Assembly (NCBI GenBank): GCA_048884965.1
Contig: JBHLQH010000001.1
Span: 249,559-313,558, forward strand
From: Candidatus Thorarchaeota archaeon
Lineage (GTDB): Archaea > Asgardarchaeota > Thorarchaeia > Thorarchaeales > Thorarchaeaceae
Length of the DNA: 64,000 nucleotides
Direction: 5' to 3'
Shown: positions 55,531 to 64,000 of the stretch, piece after piece
How the letters are laid out: each line of letters opens with the position of its first letter
How positions within the stretch are numbered: position 1 is the stretch's first letter
Program-made: the position numbers and the translations under genes
Notes under the pieces: model-generated
What the model was told of the DNA's origin: nothing
The model's input: the letters and a program-made list of their open reading frames with translations, nothing else
The model's database searches: none

Positions 55531-57597
55531 ATGAATGATAGGAGTGTGACAAAACTGAGGAACTATCCGACAGATAAACCAGTACTTGTAACATGCGGAC
55601 TACCCTATGCCTCAGGGGAGATGCACATCGGTCATCTTCGTACATACGTTCCAGCCGATGTCTTCGTCAGACTCCTAAAGAAAATGCGAGTAGACGTCAC
55701 ATTTGTTTGTGGATCAGATACACATGGGACTCCAGTCCTTGTTGCGGCTGAGGCTGAGGGATTGACACCCACAGAAACCTACCAGAAATACCACAATATA
55801 CTTTCAGAAACATTTCCCAAGCTCAATATCCATTTCGACAACTATGGAACTACTGATGATCCCGAGAACCATGCCAGGACAATCGAAATCGTAAAGACTC
55901 TTCAAGAGAATGGTCATATCTATGCTAAGGAAATTGAAACTCCCTTCTGCGATACCTGTGGCAGATCACAGCCTGATCGATTTGTGAGAGGGACATGCCC
56001 TCATTGTGGAGCCGATGCTCGAGGTGATGAATGTGATCAAGGATGTGGGAGGTATATTGAACCCGGTCTCATTCTCAATCCCAGATGTGCTGTTTGCGGT
56101 AATCCTACTAGACAGATCAAGAGAACACATCAATTTCTCCGATTGAGTGCATTTCAGGATTTCATAGGAGAATACTTAGAGAACGTAGATGGAACAAAGA
56201 ATGCAAAGAATTTTGCGCTGGGATGGGTCAAGGAAGGCTTGAGAGATTGGTGTATAACTAGAGACCTAGACTGGGGAGTAAAATTTCCCGGAGATGATTC
56301 ACTTGTTCTCTATGTCTGGGTTGATGCACCTATTGGGTATATGTCAAGTACCGAGGAATGGGCAAAGGGGATTGGCAAGCCAAATGAATGGGAGAAATAT
56401 TGGAAGCCTGGCGATGGACGTCTTGTCCATTTCATTGGTCTGGATATTGTTCAACACCACTGCATATTTTGGCCATCTCTACTGAAAGGTAGTGGATATA
56501 ATCTTCCATTCGCGATTGTAGCATCTGGCATGGTTAAGATACGCAATCACAACTTCAGCAGAAGCAGAGGCTATGTTGTCTGGATTCGAGAGGATTATCT
56601 CGAAAAGGGATTGAACCCCGATTACCTCAGATACTATATGGTTTCATTTACGGGTCATACCCGAGATCTTGACTTTGCTTTTGATGCCTTTGCAGATAAA
56701 GTGAATACAGAGCTCGTTGGAACATTTGGGAACTTCATTTACCGTGCACTGCATTTCACGAAGAAGCATTTTGGCAAGATTCCTGAAGGAATACTTGATC
56801 CAGTTCTTGAAACTGAGATTAAGCAGAGTATCGAAACTATCACTGATGCAGTGAACGAATATGAATTGAAAAAAGTCGCAGATGAAATACTTCGTTTGGC
56901 ATCGGTTGGGAATGAGTACTTCCAAAGCAATGCGCCTTGGTCATTAGTCAAGGAAGATAAATCAAAAGCTGCAAATGTTCTATACAACTCCCTTGTCCTC
57001 TCAAAGGCTCTTGCAATTCTAATAGACCCCATTATGCCAAGTATTGCGGAGGCTATTTGGACTCAGCTTGGATATGATGGTCCAGAAGTCCACAATGCAT
57101 TTCTTGAAGATGCATTGAAGCTTCTTACTGCAGGAGCAGACCTTGGTGAACCTGAACCTGTGATATCAAAGATCGACGACGACCTACTCAAGGAACTTAA
57201 GAAGAACATCGATACTCGAATAAAGGCAGCAGAGGCGAAAGAGAAAGGTGAAGAACCAATGACAGAAGAATATGTAAAGTTCGAGGATTTCAAGAAGATG
57301 GACCTACGGGCAGGGAAAATACTCTCCTGTGAGAAGGTCCCCAAGAAAGACAAACTCTTGCTAATAGAAGTGGACATTGGAACCGAGAAAAGAACCATAG
57401 TCACTGGTCTAGCTGAGATGTATTCCTGTGATGAGCTGACCGGAAAAACCGCGCTTTTCCTAACAAATCTTGAACCCAAGAAGATTGGTGGTATTGAGAG
57501 TCATGGGATGATCATTGCAGTTGAACATGCCGAGAAGGAAGGAAATTGGGTACCCGTCTGGTTGAAAGACCTTCCACCTGGGAGCAAGGCTGCATAG
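55531..57597 (+). CDS. metG: Methionyl-tRNA synthetase with C-terminal Trbp111/EMAPII-like domain (alternative GTG start at 55546)
   Basis: LPYA..MHIGH, GSDTHG, Zn knuckles, YVWVDAPIGY, FSRSRG, C-terminal NLEPKK..GIESHGM. Confidence 0.96.
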   Translation: MNDRSVTKLRNYPTDKPVLVTCGLPYASGEMHIGHLRTYVPADVFVRLLKKMRVDVTFVCGSDTHGTPVLVAAEAEGLTPTETYQKYHNILSETFPKLNIHFDNYGTTDDPENHARTIEIVKTLQENGHIYAKEIETPFCDTCGRSQPDRFVRGTCPHCGADARGDECDQGCGRYIEPGLILNPRCAVCGNPTRQIKRTHQFLRLSAFQDFIGEYLENVDGTKNAKNFALGWVKEGLRDWCITRDLDWGVKFPGDDSLVLYVWVDAPIGYMSSTEEWAKGIGKPNEWEKYWKPGDGRLVHFIGLDIVQHHCIFWPSLLKGSGYNLPFAIVASGMVKIRNHNFSRSRGYVVWIREDYLEKGLNPDYLRYYMVSFTGHTRDLDFAFDAFADKVNTELVGTFGNFIYRALHFTKKHFGKIPEGILDPVLETEIKQSIETITDAVNEYELKKVADEILRLASVGNEYFQSNAPWSLVKEDKSKAANVLYNSLVLSKALAILIDPIMPSIAEAIWTQLGYDGPEVHNAFLEDALKLLTAGADLGEPEPVISKIDDDLLKELKKNIDTRIKAAEAKEKGEEPMTEEYVKFEDFKKMDLRAGKILSCEKVPKKDKLLLIEVDIGTEKRTIVTGLAEMYSCDELTGKTALFLTNLEPKKIGGIESHGMIIAVEHAEKEGNWVPVWLKDLPPGSKAA

Positions 57598-57607
57598 CTA
57601 TTTATTG

Positions 57608-57643
57608 GGGCTTGAAAGATCAAGCCCGTCCCCTTCTTTTTTA
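57608..57643 (+). terminator. metG terminator
   Basis: gggcttga-aaga-tcaagccc followed by a T-rich run. Confidence 0.65.
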
Positions 57644-57680
57644 TCGAACCTTTCATAACGATTTGAACGAAGCCAAGAAT

Positions 57681-58463
57681 ATGCCTGATATTCGCATTAT
57701 GCCAACGACATTTCTCTCAGATAATCAGACTATTGTTGGTGATTTTGTCCTTCCCGATGGAGATGGTCCGTTTCCAGGAATATGCAAATTTCACGGATTA
57801 CCAGGAGGACCCGACCAGGTCAGAGGTATCGCGTCTGAGCTAGCACGACATGGCTTTGCAGTTCTTACTTTTGACTTTCGAGGGTTCAGGCGGAGTGAGG
57901 GGTTATTCAGCTTGAAGGGCATGATAATAGATGCCATTAATGCATTGGACCACCTGATTGAAACTGATCTCGTGAGAAGAGATTGGCTAGGCGTATATGG
58001 TGCCAGCTTTGGAGGTGCAGTGGCTGTATGTACAGCAGTAAGGGACGATCGTGTCAAGGCTGTCTGTATTCGTGCTCCCGTATATGACACACTTCATTTT
58101 GCTCAGATGCCCTTCTTCCATTCATTACCTGACGAAGTATATCTGGATATGGCTCAAGCATTCAAAGGAGTTGATGATGTTTCAATTAGAGAGAGAATGC
58201 TTGAACAACTTGTCAAGGATGCAGATTATATCAATCCTAGGGATGAACTAGTAGAGATTGCTCCTCGTTCTTTGTTCATCACTACAGGTGGCCGAGATGA
58301 GGTGATTGATTCAGCGGGTGTAAGGAATCTTTTCGAGAGAGCTCGTGAGCCAAAAGAGTTCCTCTTGATCGAAGATGCAGACCACCAACTGACTGATGCT
58401 ACCTCGCGCGAACAGACGCATCGAGCTGTCATCGAGTGGTTCCTCAAACAAATACCCCTATGA
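57681..58463 (+). CDS. Alpha/beta hydrolase
   Basis: FHG, FDFRG..SEG, GASFGG nucleophile elbow, D and DADH catalytic residues; start ATG 57681. Confidence 0.88.
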   Translation: MPDIRIMPTTFLSDNQTIVGDFVLPDGDGPFPGICKFHGLPGGPDQVRGIASELARHGFAVLTFDFRGFRRSEGLFSLKGMIIDAINALDHLIETDLVRRDWLGVYGASFGGAVAVCTAVRDDRVKAVCIRAPVYDTLHFAQMPFFHSLPDEVYLDMAQAFKGVDDVSIRERMLEQLVKDADYINPRDELVEIAPRSLFITTGGRDEVIDSAGVRNLFERAREPKEFLLIEDADHQLTDATSREQTHRAVIEWFLKQIPL

Positions 58464-58472
58464 GGTGTTCAA

Positions 58473-59024
58473 ATGATTCTCTATATCTTACGTCATGCTC
58501 AAACACGAATTGACCAAGCTCGACCTGCGCATGAATGGCACCTCTCCCCAGAAGGTGTAGTAGCCGCAAATGAGCTCGCTCACTCACTTGTCTTCAAGAA
58601 TATTGATTGCATCTATGCTTCAGCCGAACCCAAGGCTCAAGAAACAGCTAAGCCGTTTTCAGAGCTATTTGATCTTAGGATTAACACTCATTCTGGTCTG
58701 AATGAATTGTATCGTGGTGAGGACACCTCTCTTTCTCAGGATGAATATCTATCCAATATCAGATGCATACTTCAATTTCCACCGATTCAAGTTGAAGGAT
58801 GGGAATCGCCAGCTTTGGCACTGTCACGCTTTGCGAATGCGGTTTCTGATATTGAATCAGAAGAATATGATAGTGTGCTGATTGTATCCCATGGATTGGT
58901 GCTTTCTTTGTTCTTCTCTTCTCTGCTGAATATACATGAATCACTATATGAGCGATGGAGGAAGTTGAGATTTCTTTCTTGGGGGCAAATCTCTAACGGT
59001 ATTGTATTGCGTGACTTGGTATAA
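58473..59024 (+). CDS. Histidine phosphatase superfamily protein
   Basis: LRHAQT, KAQETA, LNE, VSHG. Confidence 0.85.
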   Translation: MILYILRHAQTRIDQARPAHEWHLSPEGVVAANELAHSLVFKNIDCIYASAEPKAQETAKPFSELFDLRINTHSGLNELYRGEDTSLSQDEYLSNIRCILQFPPIQVEGWESPALALSRFANAVSDIESEEYDSVLIVSHGLVLSLFFSSLLNIHESLYERWRKLRFLSWGQISNGIVLRDLV

Positions 59025-59081
59025 TAGCAAACACTAAAATCAACACATTCATACTTTCTTCATCTTGGAGCGAGGTTTAGG

Positions 59082-59576
59082 ATGACGAAAAGGTTTCTTA
59101 CACTAGGATTGTTGGTATTCCTCAGTCTACTTGCATTACCATTACCTATAAGCGCACATACCCCTGGTCCGATGATTCTGGACTATAACGCTGATACTGA
59201 TACTCTCACTGTAACTGTGACACATGTCGTCAGCACTACTGAACACTATATTGCTTCTCTCCAAGTTTGGAAGAACGATGTTCCGGTGGAAACGAAGACA
59301 TATACGAGTCAGGAATCGAATTCAGGTATGGACGATACGTTCACGATTGACGCAGTCAACGGAGATGTACTAAAAGCAACTGCAACATGTAGTATAAGCG
59401 GCTTCGTGACTCAGGAAATAACAGTGACAATTGGAACAACTGCGACAAGCGAAACCACTACTGAAACACCTGGAACATCTTATACTCCCCCACTTGATTC
59501 TATGCTTCTATATGTTGCAATAGCTGCTGCTGGAGTAATAGTGGTCGTTTTGGTGATCTGTCTTCGAAAGCGCTAG
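59082..59576 (+). CDS. Exported, C-terminally anchored beta-sandwich protein with a superoxide-reductase-like His/Cys pattern
   Basis: Signal peptide ending ISA|HTP, THVVSTTEHYI, TCSISG, Thr-rich linker, TM followed by RKR. Confidence 0.65.
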   Translation: MTKRFLTLGLLVFLSLLALPLPISAHTPGPMILDYNADTDTLTVTVTHVVSTTEHYIASLQVWKNDVPVETKTYTSQESNSGMDDTFTIDAVNGDVLKATATCSISGFVTQEITVTIGTTATSETTTETPGTSYTPPLDSMLLYVAIAAAGVIVVVLVICLRKR

Positions 59577-59606
59577 AGCCTAGTGCCTTCGAAACATCCA
59601 AGAAAA

Positions 59607-60086
59607 CTATAGGGTTTCCTTAAACCAAGAGCCTATGACCTTAGCTGCAAAACCGAGAACAAAGGTCACGATGCATATTAAACCCCCCGCAAGAACCCAG
59701 TATGTTTCAGGCGATAAATTCGCAAAGAGGAAGATGGAAATTGGTGAGAATATGAATCCCATGATTGACATTGCAGAAAATAATATGATGCCATGGGCTA
59801 GTAACCGAGGCCAATATCTCTGAACCGAGAAATCCCATAGCCATTTGCAGATATCAGCATTCACCCATGGTATTGAGATTAGAGCTATGAGCATGATGAT
59901 GATGGTACCGATATACCCAGTGAAGACCTCGAAGGGATACCCATAAAATCCAACTCCAAAAGTAATGAGTTGTGTGGCAAGTGTGAAGACAAAACCATGA
60001 AGAAAATATTTTCCAATAATTTCGATGGACGATGGACCAGATATCTGAGATGCTACTTGTATGTCACTTTCGCCAATAATACTCAT
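59607..60086 (-). CDS. Hypothetical 4-TM membrane protein
   Basis: Hydrophobic 159-aa ORF with two internal HG-containing repeats. Confidence 0.7.
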   Translation of the reverse strand: MSIIGESDIQVASQISGPSSIEIIGKYFLHGFVFTLATQLITFGVGFYGYPFEVFTGYIGTIIIMLIALISIPWVNADICKWLWDFSVQRYWPRLLAHGIILFSAMSIMGFIFSPISIFLFANLSPETYWVLAGGLICIVTFVLGFAAKVIGSWFKETL

Positions 60087-60196
60087 GAAACTCCACTCAG
60101 CAATTCTCTGCTGAGTGACTTATGTCCCTCTGTGTTGATTTACCTTTCGCCCTAATCAGATTCGCTTTCCCATACTCCTGATTTCCTGTGACAGGC

Positions 60197-61258
60197 TCAT
60201 TTCTTCTTCTTCTTTGTGTCCGACTTTTTCGAATCTTTCTTTGGCTCTGCCTTCTTGATGGTCTTCCGACTTGATACGATGTTCTTCTCGGTTTTTGATA
60301 TTTGAATCGTCTTGGCTGTAGAAACGATTTCCTGACCACCCTCTTCTGTTAGGATACCTTCTCGAGTGATTCTTTTTGCCTTCTCAATCCGCTCTTTCCT
60401 AATGATTGTTGAGCCAAGCTTAGTGGCAAAAGCTGCCATCCTTGTTCTAATGCGAACTTGGTTTCTTTCGTTGAACATTATGACAGGAAGTATGAATGCC
60501 ATGACGAATAAGGGCAATCCCATAATCAGGAGCAATGCATTGAGTAAATTCTGATCAGCAAAAAGCGTTCCAGCTAGCAAATGTGGAAGAAAGTGGGTGT
60601 TGAACATTGTAAGTGGGAAGGCGATTAAGGCGAAGCCTCCAAATATTCCACTCACCCATCTTCCAACTCCTTGAGTATCAGGACACTGTCTAATGGCCAT
60701 CTTATTCTCCTTTAGATGAGTCACAATCCCTGAATCATTTAGAATCCAAGTAGGCATGAATAGCAGTAAAGATATTGGCATGAATAGCAGGGCACCCATC
60801 AATGAGAGCGTAGCGTAATCCAAGGAACCTACGACCATCTCACTGATATTCTGATACTGAGGAAATACCCATGGCTGAATCAATACTCTCATCATATCTG
60901 AAGAGGCAACGCTGAACAAAGCTGGTGCGGCTGCTCTCCGAATCATGTGCCTTCCTTCAAAAACGGTGCCAATATTCATGATGTTCATCTCATAGGACGC
61001 AGCTCTGATCAATCTATTTGTGAACAAGAAGCCCATAGCAATGGGTAAAGCAAATATCATATACTCCAAAAATAGAATTGGAATCGAAGCTAGGAGAAGA
61101 ATGAGAATAAAGTCTGAAAGTTGGATGCCTTGCCAGAATAGAACATCCAATCCAGAGGGAACGAGATTCCTTGTCTGGTCCCAAATAATGAATGCGGCGG
61201 TCCCGCCAATCACAATAAAATAGAGCAATGCGGTAGCATATCTTGTCCTACGTGCCAT
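60197..61258 (-). CDS. Hypothetical multi-TM protein with a Lys-rich tail
   Basis: About six TM helices, PTWILNDSGIV, basic C-terminus. Confidence 0.75.
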   Translation of the reverse strand: MARRTRYATALLYFIVIGGTAAFIIWDQTRNLVPSGLDVLFWQGIQLSDFILILLLASIPILFLEYMIFALPIAMGFLFTNRLIRAASYEMNIMNIGTVFEGRHMIRRAAAPALFSVASSDMMRVLIQPWVFPQYQNISEMVVGSLDYATLSLMGALLFMPISLLLFMPTWILNDSGIVTHLKENKMAIRQCPDTQGVGRWVSGIFGGFALIAFPLTMFNTHFLPHLLAGTLFADQNLLNALLLIMGLPLFVMAFILPVIMFNERNQVRIRTRMAAFATKLGSTIIRKERIEKAKRITREGILTEEGGQEIVSTAKTIQISKTEKNIVSSRKTIKKAEPKKDSKKSDTKKKKK

Positions 61259-61386
61259 TCTAGGTCATAAAATAGGTGAAATCTATGCATCTAAATTTAA
61301 TGGTTAAAATCAACGCATATTCTTCCTTGCTTTTTCATTGGGTTAACCTAAATAGAGTGCTTGTTCTGATTCTATTGGCGATATGA

Positions 61387-62577
61387 TTGACCATACGACG
61401 AGCAAGAATTGAGGATAAGGACTCACTAGGAAAATTAGCTAGATATTCCTTTAATCCTCCTGAATGGATTCGCGAGATAATAGACTCAACCTTTAGCCAA
61501 TTCCATGATCAATTCTATTTGGTTGAGGATGATGGCAGACCGATTGCCCGAGCTCGAATGATTCCATTTGAGCAAAACATTCGCGGTGTATGGAAAAGGA
61601 TGGGCGGCATTGCTTCAGTATCGAGTGCTCCGGAAACTCGTCGGAAGGGGCACATTCGGGACCTTATGATTTTCCTCCTAAAAGAGATGCATGAGAGTGA
61701 TATCCCATTCACTACCCTATATCCCTTCAAAGAGGAATTCTACGCCCGTTTTGGATATGTTCCTTCTCAACCAAAAATGATGTTTCAGATAAAGGCCGAT
61801 ACACTTCGTCTATGGGATGTTCCAGAAGACTACACAGTCCTACGCATTCCTTTGAAGGATGGTTTCGAATATGCAAAGAAAATCTATTCCGATTCGATAG
61901 ACTCTATCCATGGATCTGTAAAGCGTGGTGATGAAATTTGGAGAGAGTATCTCGCTATCGAGAATGAATACGCATTTGTATTGAAAGGCAGTGAGCCCCT
62001 TGCTTATATGAGATATCGGATTGAAGGATTTGGATCATTTTCAGGAGGCGATAGGGATGGTCGCCTGTTCTGCAGTGAGATGCATTGGTCTGATATTGAA
62101 GCACGAAATGCATTGCTCAATTACATGTACGGTCATGTAGATCAAGTGGTGACTGTGAAGGTCCCTGTAGCCCCAATAAATCAAGACTACTGGCATTGGA
62201 CCAAGAGGTTCAATATCGGTGATACAAAAATAGAAGCCACCGGTGTACACATGGCTAGGATTGTAGATGTAGTATCCTGCCTGTCAGATATACCTGTATC
62301 GGGAACTGATTCTATCACGGTTGAGGTCAAGGATGCTATTTGCGATTGGAATAATGCGATCTATGAACTGACTTCAGATGGAACCCATCTAAACGCAAAG
62401 ACTTCAGATACAAAGGAAGTTGATGCTCGAATCACGATTGAAGGACTCACCTCTCTTGTCTATGGAACTGGTTCTGTAGAAACTCTTGTTGCTACTAAAT
62501 GGCTTACAGGAACGAAATTAGATGTGCTAGGACGATGGTTTGAACCAAGACTACCTTGGCTTACAGTAGATTTCTGA
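61387..62577 (+). CDS. Eis-family GNAT acetyltransferase with SCP2-like C-terminus
   Basis: GGIASVSSAPETRRKG, LYPF..FYARFGY, MARIVDV, DAICDWNN. Confidence 0.88.
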   Translation: MTIRRARIEDKDSLGKLARYSFNPPEWIREIIDSTFSQFHDQFYLVEDDGRPIARARMIPFEQNIRGVWKRMGGIASVSSAPETRRKGHIRDLMIFLLKEMHESDIPFTTLYPFKEEFYARFGYVPSQPKMMFQIKADTLRLWDVPEDYTVLRIPLKDGFEYAKKIYSDSIDSIHGSVKRGDEIWREYLAIENEYAFVLKGSEPLAYMRYRIEGFGSFSGGDRDGRLFCSEMHWSDIEARNALLNYMYGHVDQVVTVKVPVAPINQDYWHWTKRFNIGDTKIEATGVHMARIVDVVSCLSDIPVSGTDSITVEVKDAICDWNNAIYELTSDGTHLNAKTSDTKEVDARITIEGLTSLVYGTGSVETLVATKWLTGTKLDVLGRWFEPRLPWLTVDF

Positions 62578-62683
62578 ATCAGCATGTGCAGTCTATCATT
62601 AGTCGAATCCTCTCACCCAACTCTGATTTCACACACGAATCCTTTTTCAAATACGATTCTTACTAATTCTTGGTGATTTGCAT

Positions 62684-63196
62684 ATGGCAACTATAAAGAA
62701 GGCCATGATAACTGATTTCAAAAAGTTCAAGGCCGCCTGGGAGAAAGATGCTGGAAAGCCTGAGAACACGATCATGTACTATGTTATCGCTGCTTTGAAC
62801 ATTGAGAATGATCCAAAAGAAGCTGAAGCGATGATGACGATTCTGGTTCATAACGATCATTGTCTGCCTGACAAGAAGAGTCCCTCAGGACTCAAGTTGG
62901 GACGAAGTGCGAAGTACTTCATTGGTCAATTCAAGAAGAATCCACGAATCGCAGCTTCCTATGTAGGTGGTACTCCTGAGAATGGTTACAAATTCACGAA
63001 GTCCGAACTTGTCATGACCGTGGTGAGTAAGCAAGACTATCAGAAGGGTTTCAAGATTTTCATACAGAGCGGCGGAAAGGACAATCCGACTCCATTGCAG
63101 GTTCGTGAGAACAGCTCTGGCCAGTGGAAGCTCATAGAGTATAGCTCTGTCTGTACTGGCGTCAAGCCAACACCTCAGGAGAAGGGCGATTTCTAA
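62684..63196 (+). CDS. Conserved-looking hypothetical protein
   Basis: Clean ORF with GGTGA SD; SYVGGTPENGY, SGGKDNPTP, WKLIEYSS. Confidence 0.7.
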   Translation: MATIKKAMITDFKKFKAAWEKDAGKPENTIMYYVIAALNIENDPKEAEAMMTILVHNDHCLPDKKSPSGLKLGRSAKYFIGQFKKNPRIAASYVGGTPENGYKFTKSELVMTVVSKQDYQKGFKIFIQSGGKDNPTPLQVRENSSGQWKLIEYSSVCTGVKPTPQEKGDF

Positions 63197-63202
63197 TACA
63201 TT

Positions 63203-63235
63203 GGGTCCGTAAGGACCCTCTCACTTTACTTTTTT
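63203..63235 (+). terminator. GNRA-loop hairpin terminator
   Basis: gggtcc-GTAA-ggaccc followed by a T-tract. Confidence 0.65.
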
Positions 63236-63244
63236 ATACCATCT

Positions 63245-63577
63245 CTAGAGAATTAGTTTCTTTAGTTTCTTCAAAGTTGGAATATCTCCTTTGATAACAA
63301 TCTTTCCACTTGTGTATGCCTCTATTGAATCAATAGTATTATCTAAAATTCCAAAGAAAACGGATGAATCCATCGTGATTCCAAACTCGGTTTCTGCAAT
63401 TCCCACTCCTAACGCATCGATAGCAGAATTCCCAATCTGTAGAAACGCATCGACATCGATATCCGGAAAGGTGAGTTGGATGGTTTTGTTGAAGTATTCG
63501 AACTCAGTCTTGATTTCTGGGTCCTCGAAGACACGCTTGAGTTTCCGAAGTTCCTCCAATATTCTCTCTTTCGTCAT
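63245..63577 (-). CDS. SCP2 sterol/lipid-binding domain protein
   Basis: ITMDSSVF.GIL..IDSIEAYTSGKIVIKGD..L.KL pattern. Confidence 0.8.
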   Translation of the reverse strand: MTKERILEELRKLKRVFEDPEIKTEFEYFNKTIQLTFPDIDVDAFLQIGNSAIDALGVGIAETEFGITMDSSVFFGILDNTIDSIEAYTSGKIVIKGDIPTLKKLKKLIL

Positions 63578-63654
63578 TGAGATTACCTACCTGAGATGAA
63601 TGGATGGACGTTATATCTTCTCTGCACGAATGGAGTATTTCATTCATTGGAGAA

Positions 63655-64000
63655 TCAAATGAGAGTATACACTGACATAGTGACTGACCAGGGCGTATCT
63701 TTCACTATCGCATCGATCCACCAAACTAAGATGAAGTGCCCCTCTATGGCAGCAGTGCCAAGTCGTAGGTCTTCCTGCAATAGAGGTGTACTCCATCCTC
63801 CCATAATCAAGTAATCAGAACGGAATTCAGAATCTGGGTCATCATCAGGGGTATAGTGTGCGAGGAATGTAGCTAGGTCGCACTGATACATTTCAAACGC
63901 CCAATCTTCCATCTCATCATTCGGTCCGATGTCTATCGAATATTGAACGTACACTTCCTGCTCTGGCTCAATATCAAGAGGTGTGAAATAATACTCTGGA
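63655..64000 (-). CDS. Hypothetical protein, partial (starts beyond the right edge)
   Basis: Frame of the 63655..63954 ORF stays open to position 64000 (PEYYFTPLDIEPEQEVYVQ...). Confidence 0.6.
   Translation of the reverse strand, partial: PEYYFTPLDIEPEQEVYVQYSIDIGPNDEMEDWAFEMYQCDLATFLAHYTPDDDPDSEFRSDYLIMGGWSTPLLQEDLRLGTAAIEGHFILVWWIDAIVKDTPWSVTMSVYTLI

Noticed and set aside
55404-55535. ggacGAAA ... CTGATGA suggesting a permuted hammerhead
   Set aside because: Stems I and II cannot form.

Overview
This is archaeal chromosomal DNA. The housekeeping genes are a group II chaperonin, ribosomal protein S17e, an archaeal ATP-dependent DNA ligase, an archaeal-type MetRS and an MptA/FolE2 GTP cyclohydrolase. 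These, together with V4R proteins, longin/roadblock-like domains and giant glycoproteins, point to an Asgard archaeon, plausibly Thorarchaeia (inference). I found no rRNA, tRNA, CRISPR array or transposase. Main blocks: (i) prenyltransferase-fold, ICMT-family, trxB, P-loop ATPase and thermosome genes (1-7.1 kb); (ii) a minus-strand operon of V4R, group-3c-like [NiFe]-hydrogenase small and large subunits and ferredoxin, with a second V4R copy nearby, divergent from korAB-fumC-sdhAB that has no membrane anchors (7.9-19.2 kb); (iii) an orphan DNA methyltransferase, a flippase fusion, rps17e, ligase and PTPS, then a three-gene two-component cassette, then mptA (19.8-34.3 kb); (iv) three tandem paralogous giant type-I membrane proteins (1542, 1504 and 2261 aa) with Ig-like repeat ectodomains and a conserved cytosolic longin/roadblock-like module (34.4-50.6 kb); (v) a 48-codon ORF inside a structured transcript (50.9-51.3 kb); (vi) transport, metabolic and hypothetical genes including metG. 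The best candidates for an undescribed system are the receptor-like giant protein array, the V4R-coupled hydrogenase module and the microprotein/structured-RNA locus. All family calls come from motif recognition by eye, with no database searches.
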